A DNA stretch of 64,000 nt. It comes from a virus. Taxonomy: Duplodnaviria; Caudoviricetes. How positions within the stretch are numbered: the stretch's first letter is position 1; each line of letters starts with the position of its first letter. The notes beneath the pieces were generated by a model. It searched no databases. It saw only the letters and a program-made list of their open reading frames with translations, and was not told the DNA's origin. The translations under genes and the position numbers were made by a program. The stretch is from positions 10,666 through 74,665 of IMG/VR virus record IMGVR_UViG_3300029288_000151; one strand, 5' to 3'. Shown here piece after piece: positions 20,802 to 30,604 of this stretch.

Positions 20802-23800
20802 TTAATTTCCTAATACCTGATATGATTGATCAACAAGACCTTGTCTTCTATCGTTTATAACAATATCCAATCTGCTTCCAATATTAGCATTTATCTTACT
20901 ATTCCGGATAGTTCCTCGATCGCTAGATCGAATAAATCTACCGAAAGCATACAGATTGTTAAGAGACTGTCCTTCGTCAACCATAGATTGTTTTAGATTG
21001 TCTGCACTTTCAAGCCGCGAAACAACGTCAGAATTTATATACGGCTTCCTGGACAGCGACTGCATCCTATCTTGCCAGAGATCGAAATCATGATTGTCCG
21101 AATTATGGACAACACCACAAATTGTTGTATAGAAATGAGGCTCCCCCATGTCAAAATCATACAGAATAGGATCATTAATAATAATTTTCTTTTTGTTAAC
21201 ACCGAACCAAAAATACTTTTCAAGTTCATCAGAGATAGCACAAGTTTCTAAATAATCTTGTTGTCTTACTTCTTTGCATAACAAGAAAGCAATCTTTGCA
21301 ATATGATCCCCAATATTAATTCTAAATGCAGGACTTGTGCTCTTATAAGAAGAGGATGGCCTCACTTTTATAAATTGGAGCCGAGATCGTATCCCTAAAC
21401 TGTTTAGCAGATTCCACCCCTGTCTACCAAGTGTCTCTGAACTAGTTTGGATAGATATGTTTTTAGGCAGAGATAAACATTTCCTCTTATCAACAAAACC
21501 ATCACCAAAGAACCAAGATCTTAAAAAATATAAGATTGTCTCTTTGGGTAGTTTAAAAAAGTCTTCTGTTAATGTCTTGGTTGTCGCTTTGTCTCCTGTA
21601 CAAAATAATTTAACAACAGAAGCTGCAATAGCACTATGCACCCTCACAAGAAGCGCATCGGCTCCATTTGGATCGGGAGAAATTGTTGTGTTCGCATTAA
21701 ACATTCTTTTTGCATATCTAGAAATTTCTTCAGCCTCTTCTGTTTCTTTTGAGGACAAACTAAAAATAACTGTTTTAAGACGTCCTCCTTTTGTTTTTGC
21801 ACAATACCCTTCTGCAACATACCATCCTAGAAAACTTCCGAAAGAGGCATCTAGTTTAAGCATCCTCTGATGTTTTTTGCCTTTAATCCCATAGGAGAAG
21901 ATCTCCTCGTCATATTTTACTGCATTACTTTTTACTAATGGCAATAAATCAATTTCTTCTTTTGACTCTTCGAAAAACAGTTTAGGATAAATCATTTTGT
22001 CTCTTGGTCTAATCTTGTCTACTGGTATTTTAATTAATCTATATTCTTTTAAATACTGTCGAACGATAGGAACGATATGATTTCCTGTGATGACAATGGA
22101 AGCATCAAACATCCCTGAATTTTTCAACTTGTATGTATTGTTGTCGTTCTTGTGCATAAAAATTTCTTTAACTCCGGTGAGATACCCGTCCGAATTTATT
22201 AACTTTTCCCCAGCACGAATATCTTTCGCAAATCTAACAACGCCCACTCCAGATAATATTTTAGAGTCTCCAGAAATACAACCTTCCATCTGTAAATACT
22301 TAGCTTCTATGTCTTTCAAATCGACTGATGGTGACCAGGCTACCCACGAAGGATCGGGAAGCGAACGAGTAGCGAAATACTCTTTAAGCTTCTTCTGTCT
22401 TAGCCAATCGGCAAAAGACATCTTGCCGCCAGTTTCGCTAAGCCATTGTTCTTCCTGCTCTTTGTCGTAACTTAGTCCTTCAGACTTTCTGCCTCTTATG
22501 ATCTCTGAGATCATCTGGACGTCTTCGTTCGTAGCTCTCTGAGCATCTATCTTAGCTCTAATCGCAGCAGCCTTTTCTGTTATCCATCGGGAGGCGTAGA
22601 TCCTTTGCTCGTCGCGCGGGACAAGAGAAAGAATTTGAGCCCGCTCTTCCTCTGTCTTTGCATCAGAGAAAGCCGAATAGAAATCTCTTTCGTTCCGGGG
22701 GAGAGCCCTCATTGCATTTGTTGGATTAGCAAACGGATCTACCCCGAACAGAGTTTGATCCATTTGGCGCTCATAGGCGCCTGCCTCTTTATATCTTCCC
22801 TCTTCCATAGCCTCATCGCGAAGCTTTTGGGATTTCACATATTGAAGTATGTCAAAATATTCTTGGACAGATCTCTTCTTCTGTATATATTCAGGGATCT
22901 CCTCGTCACCAAGACCAGCCTCTGTCATCTCCTTTGCTGGCAGCAAGAAGTTCTCAATCGGTCGATCCCAGAAAGCGGAACCTGTTCCAATGGCTTCTTC
23001 TGCGACGTAGGTCTCAATAGCAGAACGTTTTCTAATAAGTTTTGCCGCAGGACTAATAGGAGTTAAATACTCAAGCGGCGTTTCCACTGCTCTAGACGCC
23101 CATTCCCATGCCGCACCAGCAGCGCGCTCTCTCGACTCGTAGCGCAACTGTTCAAATTCATCTTTAAGTTCCGTACTTTCGGCGATCCCTTCTTCTGCGA
23201 AAAGACTTCCTAAGTCCCGATCTCCTATCATGGGAACGCCACGAATAGTGCCGCCTACTCCCATGTTCCACATCCGAGATTCCATGGTCGGAACAGCCAA
23301 ATCTATTTTCCTACCTTGGAGAATCTCTCTTGCTTGTTCTTCAGACTTAGAAGAAAGCATAGCCCCTATGCCTTCTGCGTTTATTACCGCCCGCCCGAAC
23401 TCTTCTGTCGTAAATTTACTTGGAGAGATTACGTCCTTAACGGTGACAGGGATTGTCTCTAATAGGTCTTCGTCAAAGCGGTACTCATCAAACTCACGTC
23501 GCGTCTTCCTCTGCCGAACCTGTTCCCTGATTGTCTGGATCATCATCTGTTGATTTTCAGGCAAGGAATCACGGCTCGCCATGGCCCTCTTTAAAGTAGA
23601 GTCGTATTCGGGACTCCAGGGAGCAATATCAGCGAGGATCTTTAAGCGATAAGCAAGAGGATAATCTTCTGGATCTAAACCTTCGACTTCAGGATTTAAC
23701 GCCGCGAACCCCGAGCCCGGCATCCGGATCTCTGCTTCTGAAATATCAGCGAAAGGATTACCTTTTCTTACGTCAATAAAATAATCTCTTGGCAGCCAGG

Positions 23801-26800
23801 AAGCCATCTCTGCTTCAAGAGGATTATATTCGTCAAGATATGATCTGGTATGAGGAATAAATCTTCTCACGGGCTCCGACATCGTAGCAGCCCCGCCGAG
23901 ATTAAGATGCTTCCAAAGCCAATATTCTCCTCCAGTTTCCTTCCCCATCGTACCAACGGTCTGAAGGTTCTGGAACAATTCCTCTCTGCCGGTAATACCT
24001 TTCTGTAATACGCTCGAAGCATAACCCATCAAACCAACCGCTTCTCTGCGTCTATACAGAAGCTCGTTGAATAATTGAGTTCCTTCTTCGGGCAATACAG
24101 GAGCGCCGGGACCTAGCCCTCCTAAGGAGTAATCTGGCTCTGTCTCTGCTGGTCTTGGGCCAGGATGATGGACATACTCTCCATTACCCAACATCCACTC
24201 ATCCGGACGTACGAACTTTCTTGGTTTGAGAAGTCTCCCCGCTGTGGCTGCGATAAGCGGCCCAACAAAGGGAACGTCCTCTCCCCAAGTCCCTGTGAGC
24301 GGCGAGGGACGATCATATTGATGAGTCATTTCGTAGTGATACTTCCAGTCATCACTGCCGAACAAAGCTTTTAACGGATGTAAAAGCGGATCGTATTCCC
24401 AGCGTTCGCTTTCCTCTCCATAGATACCTTTCTGATAGGCTCTGGTCCTTAGTCTCTCAAGCGAGTGCTTCCTGTAGTACTCAATAGATGAATTATGGAG
24501 GGTTATCCCTGTAGAAAGGAAACTATTGCCTTCCTCGACTTGTATGTCCCAAACTTCTCCTTCGTAATGTATTATTTCTATCTTATCAATCTTTAACAAC
24601 CATCCGTTCGATATCTTTATTTTCCTAACACTCGAATAGTTAGCCTCGTGCTTCCCTGGTTTTGGATCTTTCATTAGGGAATACAATCGTTCTGCATCAA
24701 ATCCAGAAATTGTAAGCTCATATGCCCTGTGTATCTTTTCCCCATTTGGAACAGCAGCAACAAGCCTACTGTTAGAACTAGATCCTATTCCTTTAGAGGC
24801 CATCAACATTTGAATCTGTTTAAGCAACACCGGAGTAGAAAGACCGATATTGCAACTACAGGCATATGGCTTTGGAGAACCGTCTCCATTAACAAAAGCC
24901 TCTAAAAAACCATTAATAAATTCTTCTGACGCATTGAGAAGGATAGGATTTAATTGTTTGTCCCCTTTCCTTGCTGTTCCAGGACATAAGGAAGACAAGA
25001 TGTGTTTTAATACTGTACTATAACTATCAATAATAATTCCGTTAGAATCTCCTTGAGGATCAATCCTATATGTGCAATTAAATTTATTTAATAACCTAAA
25101 AATATCATTGTGATATTTTGTCTCATTTTTGTGAAAAGAAAATGAGACTGTGCCATTATCTTTGTCAATATTTCCTTCTGCCGCGTAATACCCAATAAGG
25201 CTTCCAAAATCATAATCTAACTCTATCTCTTCTGGCCAAGTATCAATCAATCTATACCCTGCAAATACCGCAGTTCTTGTCTTCTTCCTTAGGTCGCTCA
25301 ATCTATTTCTAATATACTTTACAGAAACACTGAATTGGCGAATAATTTCGTTCTGTCTCTCTCTTCTGACAACACTTCTCCGCGGCAACATTCCCCATTC
25401 GACAATTTGGTCATCAAGTATTTGTTGGTCATCTTTGGCCAAGGCGCAATTATTTGCTTTCACATAAACATTTCCTCTATAAATTTTATATCCATCTTTC
25501 GGCAAACAATCTATAACCTTTATTGTTACAATGGATTTACTAAAAGCCAACTCTGGGATAAAAAGACAATGATTCGTTGTTAGTTCACTAGCAGGAATCC
25601 AATTTAGCCGAATAGACTTCTCTTCTCCCTGATTATATTCTGACAAGTCATAAGCTAAAACCTCATGATTCGCAGTGACTTTTGTTGTGTCTGTTCTGTC
25701 CCAAGGAGAATAAATCTTAAAAACTTCTTCGCTTACCCTCCTGCTAGCAATATTCAAAACAGTAGTCCGTTTCCCTTTATAATTAATTACTTGATCTCCA
25801 ATTTGAATTTTACAAATTGGTTTGATTGTCCCATCTGCCATTAATATGGTTGAATCACTCGTCAAGCAACCTTCATACTTGCTTGATCTTCCCGCTTCCC
25901 ACCAGCGTCCTTTCCTGATAGCAACATCTTTCTCGCCAGAATAAACAGCTTCTAGCTCTTCCGGGTTTTCTTTGGAACCTAATAGATTAAGTCCCGGAAT
26001 TGCTGCCATAAAATTACCAGACAGGAGAGACAGGCCACTAGATAATGCTGTCCAGGCAGCAAGTCCGCCAATCGCACCGGCAAGAGTTGGGCTCTTTACC
26101 CCGGCCAAAGCTTTCCCAATAAATGGGATATCTTTTACGCGACGTCCAACTTTGCTGGCCCAAGAGGAAGCAAAAGACTCTTCTCTACTAACACGGAGAG
26201 AGTTAAAGATCTCATTGAATGCCTTACCTTTGTTGGTATATTTTTCTTTAGCCGCCGCATATAGCAAACCACCATATCTTCCAGTGCCAGCCATCAGTCC
26301 GCCAACGCCAGCAAAACCTAAAGCAGATTGCCACGAAACAAGACCAGGAGTTACCTGATCCTGCCGCCGGAGAGATTCGCCCAGACCTATCTTCTCAGAG
26401 ATAGAAGCCCTAGTGACGTCAACGTCCGCTAGCGTCCTTCCTATCCCATAGAAGAAACCCTGATCGAACTTAGGAGCAAGCGAAGAATAAAGACCAAGAG
26501 CAGCACCAGCCACAAGCCCTTTCCTTGAGAAAGGTACAGACTTGGTCGCTCTAAAAGCAACTCCTCCAATAGCAGCCCCAAGTCCAGTCCCTACGAGAGG
26601 AGCTAACGGAGAACCTGAAGATCTTAAATAATCATAATATTCAAGCCCTTTCCATGCGCCGCCAAGGAGAAGACCCTTCTTGATATACCGGCCGATCATC
26701 TGGCTCGAAGTGCCAGGCTCGATACCAATCTTGTTGAGGATAGGAATCCTGGAGAGAGCATTCCCAAGAACAGGGATTTCGAAAGGCTTGCTTAAAAGAT

Positions 26801-27572
26801 TGTTTAACCGACCAACAGTACTTGCCGCCCTTGCCCTGAAGAAATTGGCAACAAGTTCCATCTGGGCAAATAACTTCTGGGTGCTTTCTTTAAGACTTAC
26901 CCTTGCACCAAGAATATTTAACTCAGGACGTAATTTCGTTATAAGTGGAATCCTTGGTTCTTTCTGAGCCAAAGGATCCCAATTCCTATAAGGAAGCCCT
27001 TTCTTGAATTCTTCAAATGGGATATCAGGTGCTATACGGGCCCAGGATGCCCTCAGAGCCCCTTCTTTAAGAGAGACATTGCTCCCTAGCTCCATCCCTT
27101 GAACTCGGGCGTAGTAGTCCGCTATGGCCGCTCCACGCTGTGTTCCAGAAGCAACTTGCATAGAGTAGCCGACAAGATTACCAGATTGGTCTCTTACCTG
27201 GCCAAGAATAGACCCCGTTCTGTAGATATTCGCTCTAGTTACTTCGGGACCAAGAGCATTCCGCAGATATTCACTGAAGACATTGTTGCCCTTGAGGAGA
27301 TCACTTGTAAGCTCTACCCGTCTCCAGGACTCTAATGGGGATAGGGTTTCAGACAGGCGGAAGGTCTTGAAGATTGCTCCGGGAGTCGCTTCTTCAAACG
27401 AACGGATCCCCTGGATATAATGATCCCAAAGCCTCTTCTGGCCGATTGGGACAAAACCACTCGCTGCGAATGCCGCTGTGGCGGCGCCAACACCAAGAAG
27501 ATTAGACGGGTCCTCTCCTGGGATTACAGGCTGTGTGCCGGTTGCCGTAATTGGGGGTTGCTGTATTGGCAA
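20802..27572 (-). CDS. Tape-measure-like/ejection protein precursor with two inteins (about 1404 aa after splicing)
   Basis: Follows the tail chaperones; Gly/Ala-rich hydrophobic helices in the N-terminal third; two Hint insertions; TTG start. Confidence 0.75.
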   Translation of the reverse strand: MPIQQPPITATGTQPVIPGEDPSNLLGVGAATAAFAASGFVPIGQKRLWDHYIQGIRSFEEATPGAIFKTFRLSETLSPLESWRRVELTSDLLKGNNVFSEYLRNALGPEVTRANIYRTGSILGQVRDQSGNLVGYSMQVASGTQRGAAIADYYARVQGMELGSNVSLKEGALRASWARIAPDIPFEEFKKGLPYRNWDPLAQKEPRIPLITKLRPELNILGARVSLKESTQKLFAQMELVANFFRARAASTVGRLNNLLSKPFEIPVLGNALSRIPILNKIGIEPGTSSQMIGRYIKKGLLLGGAWKGLEYYDYLRSSGSPLAPLVGTGLGAAIGGVAFRATKSVPFSRKGLVAGAALGLYSSLAPKFDQGFFYGIGRTLADVDVTRASISEKIGLGESLRRQDQVTPGLVSWQSALGFAGVGGLMAGTGRYGGLLYAAAKEKYTNKGKAFNEIFNSLRVSREESFASSWASKVGRRVKDIPFIGKALAGVKSPTLAGAIGGLAAWTALSSGLSLLSGNFMAAIPGLNLLGSKENPEELEAVYSGEKDVAIRKGRWWEAGRSSKYEGCLTSDSTILMADGTIKPICKIQIGDQVINYKGKRTTVLNIASRRVSEEVFKIYSPWDRTDTTKVTANHEVLAYDLSEYNQGEEKSIRLNWIPASELTTNHCLFIPELAFSKSIVTIKVIDCLPKDGYKIYRGNVYVKANNCALAKDDQQILDDQIVEWGMLPRRSVVRRERQNEIIRQFSVSVKYIRNRLSDLRKKTRTAVFAGYRLIDTWPEEIELDYDFGSLIGYYAAEGNIDKDNGTVSFSFHKNETKYHNDIFRLLNKFNCTYRIDPQGDSNGIIIDSYSTVLKHILSSLCPGTARKGDKQLNPILLNASEEFINGFLEAFVNGDGSPKPYACSCNIGLSTPVLLKQIQMLMASKGIGSSSNSRLVAAVPNGEKIHRAYELTISGFDAERLYSLMKDPKPGKHEANYSSVRKIKISNGWLLKIDKIEIIHYEGEVWDIQVEEGNSFLSTGITLHNSSIEYYRKHSLERLRTRAYQKGIYGEESERWEYDPLLHPLKALFGSDDWKYHYEMTHQYDRPSPLTGTWGEDVPFVGPLIAATAGRLLKPRKFVRPDEWMLGNGEYVHHPGPRPAETEPDYSLGGLGPGAPVLPEEGTQLFNELLYRRREAVGLMGYASSVLQKGITGREELFQNLQTVGTMGKETGGEYWLWKHLNLGGAATMSEPVRRFIPHTRSYLDEYNPLEAEMASWLPRDYFIDVRKGNPFADISEAEIRMPGSGFAALNPEVEGLDPEDYPLAYRLKILADIAPWSPEYDSTLKRAMASRDSLPENQQMMIQTIREQVRQRKTRREFDEYRFDEDLLETIPVTVKDVISPSKFTTEEFGRAVINAEGIGAMLSSKSEEQAREILQGRKIDLAVPTMESRMWNMGVGGTIRGVPMIGDRDLGSLFAEEGIAESTELKDEFEQLRYESRERAAGAAWEWASRAVETPLEYLTPISPAAKLIRKRSAIETYVAEEAIGTGSAFWDRPIENFLLPAKEMTEAGLGDEEIPEYIQKKRSVQEYFDILQYVKSQKLRDEAMEEGRYKEAGAYERQMDQTLFGVDPFANPTNAMRALPRNERDFYSAFSDAKTEEERAQILSLVPRDEQRIYASRWITEKAAAIRAKIDAQRATNEDVQMISEIIRGRKSEGLSYDKEQEEQWLSETGGKMSFADWLRQKKLKEYFATRSLPDPSWVAWSPSVDLKDIEAKYLQMEGCISGDSKILSGVGVVRFAKDIRAGEKLINSDGYLTGVKEIFMHKNDNNTYKLKNSGMFDASIVITGNHIVPIVRQYLKEYRLIKIPVDKIRPRDKMIYPKLFFEESKEEIDLLPLVKSNAVKYDEEIFSYGIKGKKHQRMLKLDASFGSFLGWYVAEGYCAKTKGGRLKTVIFSLSSKETEEAEEISRYAKRMFNANTTISPDPNGADALLVRVHSAIAASVVKLFCTGDKATTKTLTEDFFKLPKETILYFLRSWFFGDGFVDKRKCLSLPKNISIQTSSETLGRQGWNLLNSLGIRSRLQFIKVRPSSSYKSTSPAFRINIGDHIAKIAFLLCKEVRQQDYLETCAISDELEKYFWFGVNKKKIIINDPILYDFDMGEPHFYTTICGVVHNSDNHDFDLWQDRMQSLSRKPYINSDVVSRLESADNLKQSMVDEGQSLNNLYAFGRFIRSSDRGTIRNSKINANIGSRLDIVINDRRQGLVDQSYQVLGN
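21102..22280 (-). mobile_element. Intein (393 aa) with LAGLIDADG homing endonuclease, in the tape-measure-like gene
   Basis: MEG|CISGDSKIL ... ITGNH ... FLGWYVAEG ... SWFFGDG ... GVVHN|SDN; AT-rich relative to flanks. Confidence 0.95.
24492..25868 (-). mobile_element. Intein (459 aa) with LAGLIDADG homing endonuclease, in the tape-measure-like gene
   Basis: YEG|CLTSDSTILMADG ... VTANH ... LIGYYAAEG ... EAFVNGDG ... ITLHN|SSI. Confidence 0.95.
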
Positions 27573-27585
27573 CTAGGATCACGTC

Positions 27586-28254
27586 CTATTTTCTGACAGC
27601 CATCTTTCTCTTCAAGTCCATCAACTTTTGCATTCGGTCTGGATCATTCTTGAGATTGCCCTTCATCTCATTGAGATCCCTCATGTCTCTTTTCGCCATA
27701 TTTACTAGATCATCTGCGCTCTCTGTTTTCTTTGTGCTCGCTGTATTCGTAAATTCATATGGATTCGGAATCATTCCAGTCTCTAACATCATGGCTTCGG
27801 CCTGGGCAAAAACATTAATGAGTTCTTGATAACTTAAATCATTAATAGTTTCAAACGTATAGCCACTGAAGACAGAACAGATAATCCTCTTCATCATTGT
27901 CGTTGGAGAATTGACTGTCCCGCGACAGATATCCAGGAACTCTAATGTATATTTTACCTTATCGGAGCCAATACCCGACAAGTAAAGGATCAGCTCTGCC
28001 ACGGAATGAATGATCCCGGCAGGAATCTCTATGTCTTCAAATGCCCGAATCTCACTGACAACGCACTCTCTAAAGATTTCTTCGCGGATAAGGGCCTTGA
28101 CTCCAAGGCCGGAAGAGAGCATCAGGGCAGCGGCATAATCTTCGGCTCTTTTGTTACCCGGCAATTTGAACGGGACTTCGCCCCATTCACCAAATTGGAC
28201 AATGAAGAGCTTGCCTTTGCCCTTCTGCGACGAAAGCTGAAGGACACTTTCCAT
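27586..28254 (-). CDS. Putative tail assembly chaperone, paralog 2
   Basis: Between the tube genes and the tape measure; IPAGIIHSVAELILYLS matches LPAGAIPTLAAQIRTCS in the neighbour. Confidence 0.6.
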   Translation of the reverse strand: MESVLQLSSQKGKGKLFIVQFGEWGEVPFKLPGNKRAEDYAAALMLSSGLGVKALIREEIFRECVVSEIRAFEDIEIPAGIIHSVAELILYLSGIGSDKVKYTLEFLDICRGTVNSPTTMMKRIICSVFSGYTFETINDLSYQELINVFAQAEAMMLETGMIPNPYEFTNTASTKKTESADDLVNMAKRDMRDLNEMKGNLKNDPDRMQKLMDLKRKMAVRK

Positions 28255-28260
28255 AATTGA

Positions 28261-28836
28261 TTACAGCTTGATTGTGCGCGCGGCCAACACCTGAGGTTCG
28301 ATGAACAGACTGCAAGTGCGGATCTGAGCAGCCAGAGTTGGAATTGCTCCTGCTGGCAAAGAAGCTTTCTGAACCGGACTATAATTCGGGTACAGAAGAC
28401 ACCTCTCAACGATCATGTCCTCTACCTGGTCTTCTCTGACATCTTCTGCTAAAGAAGTAAGCAACTTGATCCACTCTTGCCTGCGAATGTAACGATAACA
28501 ATAAATCACATCATAGATTTCAACAACGAATACACTGCCGAAATTCTGCTTCCACACGGCTAGTTGCTGGAGGTTGGGTGCGTTCGCATCATATTTCTTT
28601 ATCAGGGCGGCGACCTCTTCGAGCCTCTTCTGTGGATCGCTCGACAAAGCCGGAATCTCTTCCTGGCCTTCCTGTCCTGGCCCAGCTTCTTGCTCAGGTT
28701 CTCCAGGGACAAACCCCGCTTCCTCCATAGCAGCCATCTCCGCCTCGACATCGATCTTGTCAGGGGCACCAAATCCTGCGGCAGCTAATGCGGCTGGCGA
28801 ATTAAACTTCTTGGGCGTTACCTTTGGGTTAACCAT
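28261..28836 (-). CDS. Putative tail assembly chaperone, paralog 1
   Basis: Position after the tube genes; YCYRYIRRQEW...IVERCLLYP...PAG chaperone-like pattern; GGAGG RBS. Confidence 0.65.
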   Translation of the reverse strand: MVNPKVTPKKFNSPAALAAAGFGAPDKIDVEAEMAAMEEAGFVPGEPEQEAGPGQEGQEEIPALSSDPQKRLEEVAALIKKYDANAPNLQQLAVWKQNFGSVFVVEIYDVIYCYRYIRRQEWIKLLTSLAEDVREDQVEDMIVERCLLYPNYSPVQKASLPAGAIPTLAAQIRTCSLFIEPQVLAARTIKL

Positions 28837-28858
28837 AACTTATTACCTCCGATTTAGG

Positions 28859-29683
28859 TTACGAACGATTTCGTGCAATGAAATCATAGTTCTCGATGAT
28901 TACATCTTCAGACACTGTTATCTGCTTTGACTCTCCTACAAAATGGACGTCAAGCAATTTCTGTATAGAGTGGTTGACTCCATTAGGAGCCCCCATATCT
29001 CCATATGTAATCCATATATCAATGGCGGGGTACTGGTCAAGTCTGCGATGTCGCAAAGACATCTCTTCTGTTATTTCATATTCCGATTCTGATAGGTTTC
29101 TAGAAAACAAAGACGATCTTGTTACCGCATTATTCCTTTCGGAACCGTACCAGATTGCGTCTTCAAACTTTTCGGCATAATTCTCAAAATCTCTATCAGT
29201 GAGGGCATTTATCTGCCGAGCCACCTGAGAGGCCGTCAAAAGACCACTCTTCATATCGCCCATCGCCTGCTCGACATTCCTCGTCGCAATTCGATTCTTT
29301 TCAGCTTTCTTGGAGGCAGACATCAAATCAGTCACAGAAGCTTCGTTCGCGCCGGGCATATCCTGATTATAAGAAGGAGACACCGCGCCACCCTTACAGG
29401 CTCTATTGTAGTAATCCTTGATTGCAGAGATCAGGTAACCGGATTCCTTAAAATTTATTCCAAGGCTGCCAGAGATGAAGATGTTCCCGGCCGCAACAAA
29501 TTTCCAATAAGGAGAACCATAACCAAATACAGGAACCTTTTGCTGATTCAGGTTATAAGAGATCCATACGGCGGTATCAATTATGATGTCCCCGACCATA
29601 ACCTGTACCTGTGCGCCGTTATAGTAATCATTCTCATAAACGACTAGTCCAGCGCCAGGAGAGATTTGTTCTAAGTTATCCAT
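28859..29683 (-). CDS. Tail tube-like protein (minor paralog)
   Basis: YYNGAQVQV...ISYNLNQQKVPVFGYGS...AGNIFISGSL aligns by eye with the major tube motif. Confidence 0.7.
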   Translation of the reverse strand: MDNLEQISPGAGLVVYENDYYNGAQVQVMVGDIIIDTAVWISYNLNQQKVPVFGYGSPYWKFVAAGNIFISGSLGINFKESGYLISAIKDYYNRACKGGAVSPSYNQDMPGANEASVTDLMSASKKAEKNRIATRNVEQAMGDMKSGLLTASQVARQINALTDRDFENYAEKFEDAIWYGSERNNAVTRSSLFSRNLSESEYEITEEMSLRHRRLDQYPAIDIWITYGDMGAPNGVNHSIQKLLDVHFVGESKQITVSEDVIIENYDFIARNRS

Positions 29684-30565
29684 TTAAATATATGGGTTCC
29701 TACGTTTGGCCGTAGCATCTTTCTGTAGTTCTTCCCAACGAAGCTGAGAAGCAGTCCTTGGTTTGAATTTATCAGTTAGGACTCCATTATTAACGTCCGT
29801 CGCCCTAGACAGACTATCTCTGATTGGATCTATATCTCTAGCAACGAACTGCATTGTAGACTCAGAAAAGAGATCTTCGATTGAGAAGGTCGTTCCCTCA
29901 CTCACAAACTCAAGTCCCCAAACAGTAAGGTATGAAGTATTCCCATACTCATTGGCAAATACCATCGTCACATCAAGTGGTGGCAACTGGTCTGGAAGCA
30001 TAGTGGTGTCGTGGTAAAAATCATAATCTCTGCCAACTTGACCTGTGCTATAGGGATTCAGTCCAGCAGTAAGTAACTCTTGGAGAACGTGCTTGTGAAA
30101 GACGGTGAAGATAAGCGTCCCTGCAATTGTTCTAGAACAGCGGACGAAAGATCTTGGGTAAACAGCCCCAAGGCACCTTACTGGAGTCTTGGGGCGGAAG
30201 ACAGACAAAGACATAGTCTGGGCTTCAATCAAAACTTTCGTCATTACCGCGCCGGAAGAAGAAGCAATGGCTTCCTGGATATTAGATATCTTGGTTGTTA
30301 TTACTCCTTGCAGCTCTTTTATCTGCTGCGCGCGAGAAGGAGAAACCCTAAAGTCATAATATTCTTGATCAAGTTCTGTTAATCGATTCTTTAAGTTCTG
30401 TATCTCTAATTGTCCATTCGTGTTATTGATCGGGATGTGGACCACGATCTTGGCATCACAGCCACTATAACTGCCGGATAAGAAAGGAGAACCAACCGGA
30501 CTTCTCGTCCCATTGTCATAGGCACTATTTCCAGTCAGAGGATTTTGAGTGTTTGTGGCTATCAT
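29684..30565 (-). CDS. Tail tube-like protein (minor paralog) with a coiled-coil insertion
   Basis: SYSGCDAK...QTMSLSVFRPKTPVRCLG...SRTIAGTLIF parallels SFSGVDIK...QGISYSVTREKAPIYTMG...KRGIAGSLVF. Confidence 0.75.
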   Translation of the reverse strand: MIATNTQNPLTGNSAYDNGTRSPVGSPFLSGSYSGCDAKIVVHIPINNTNGQLEIQNLKNRLTELDQEYYDFRVSPSRAQQIKELQGVITTKISNIQEAIASSSGAVMTKVLIEAQTMSLSVFRPKTPVRCLGAVYPRSFVRCSRTIAGTLIFTVFHKHVLQELLTAGLNPYSTGQVGRDYDFYHDTTMLPDQLPPLDVTMVFANEYGNTSYLTVWGLEFVSEGTTFSIEDLFSESTMQFVARDIDPIRDSLSRATDVNNGVLTDKFKPRTASQLRWEELQKDATAKRRNPYI

Positions 30566-30566
30566 G

Positions 30567-30583
30567 CTCTTCCTAGCGAAGAG
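30567..30583 (-). promoter_or_regulatory. Hairpin overlapping the ribosome-binding site of the second tube gene
   Basis: mRNA CUCUUC-GCUAG-GAAGAG-C-AUG: a 6-bp stem covers the purine tract just before the start. Confidence 0.45.
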
Positions 30584-30604
30584 GAGGTGTTTATAAACAA
30601 ATGT

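Noticed and set aside
28255-28300. Programmed frameshift between the tail chaperones
   Set aside because: No slippery heptamer near the first stop, and the second gene has its own ATG.
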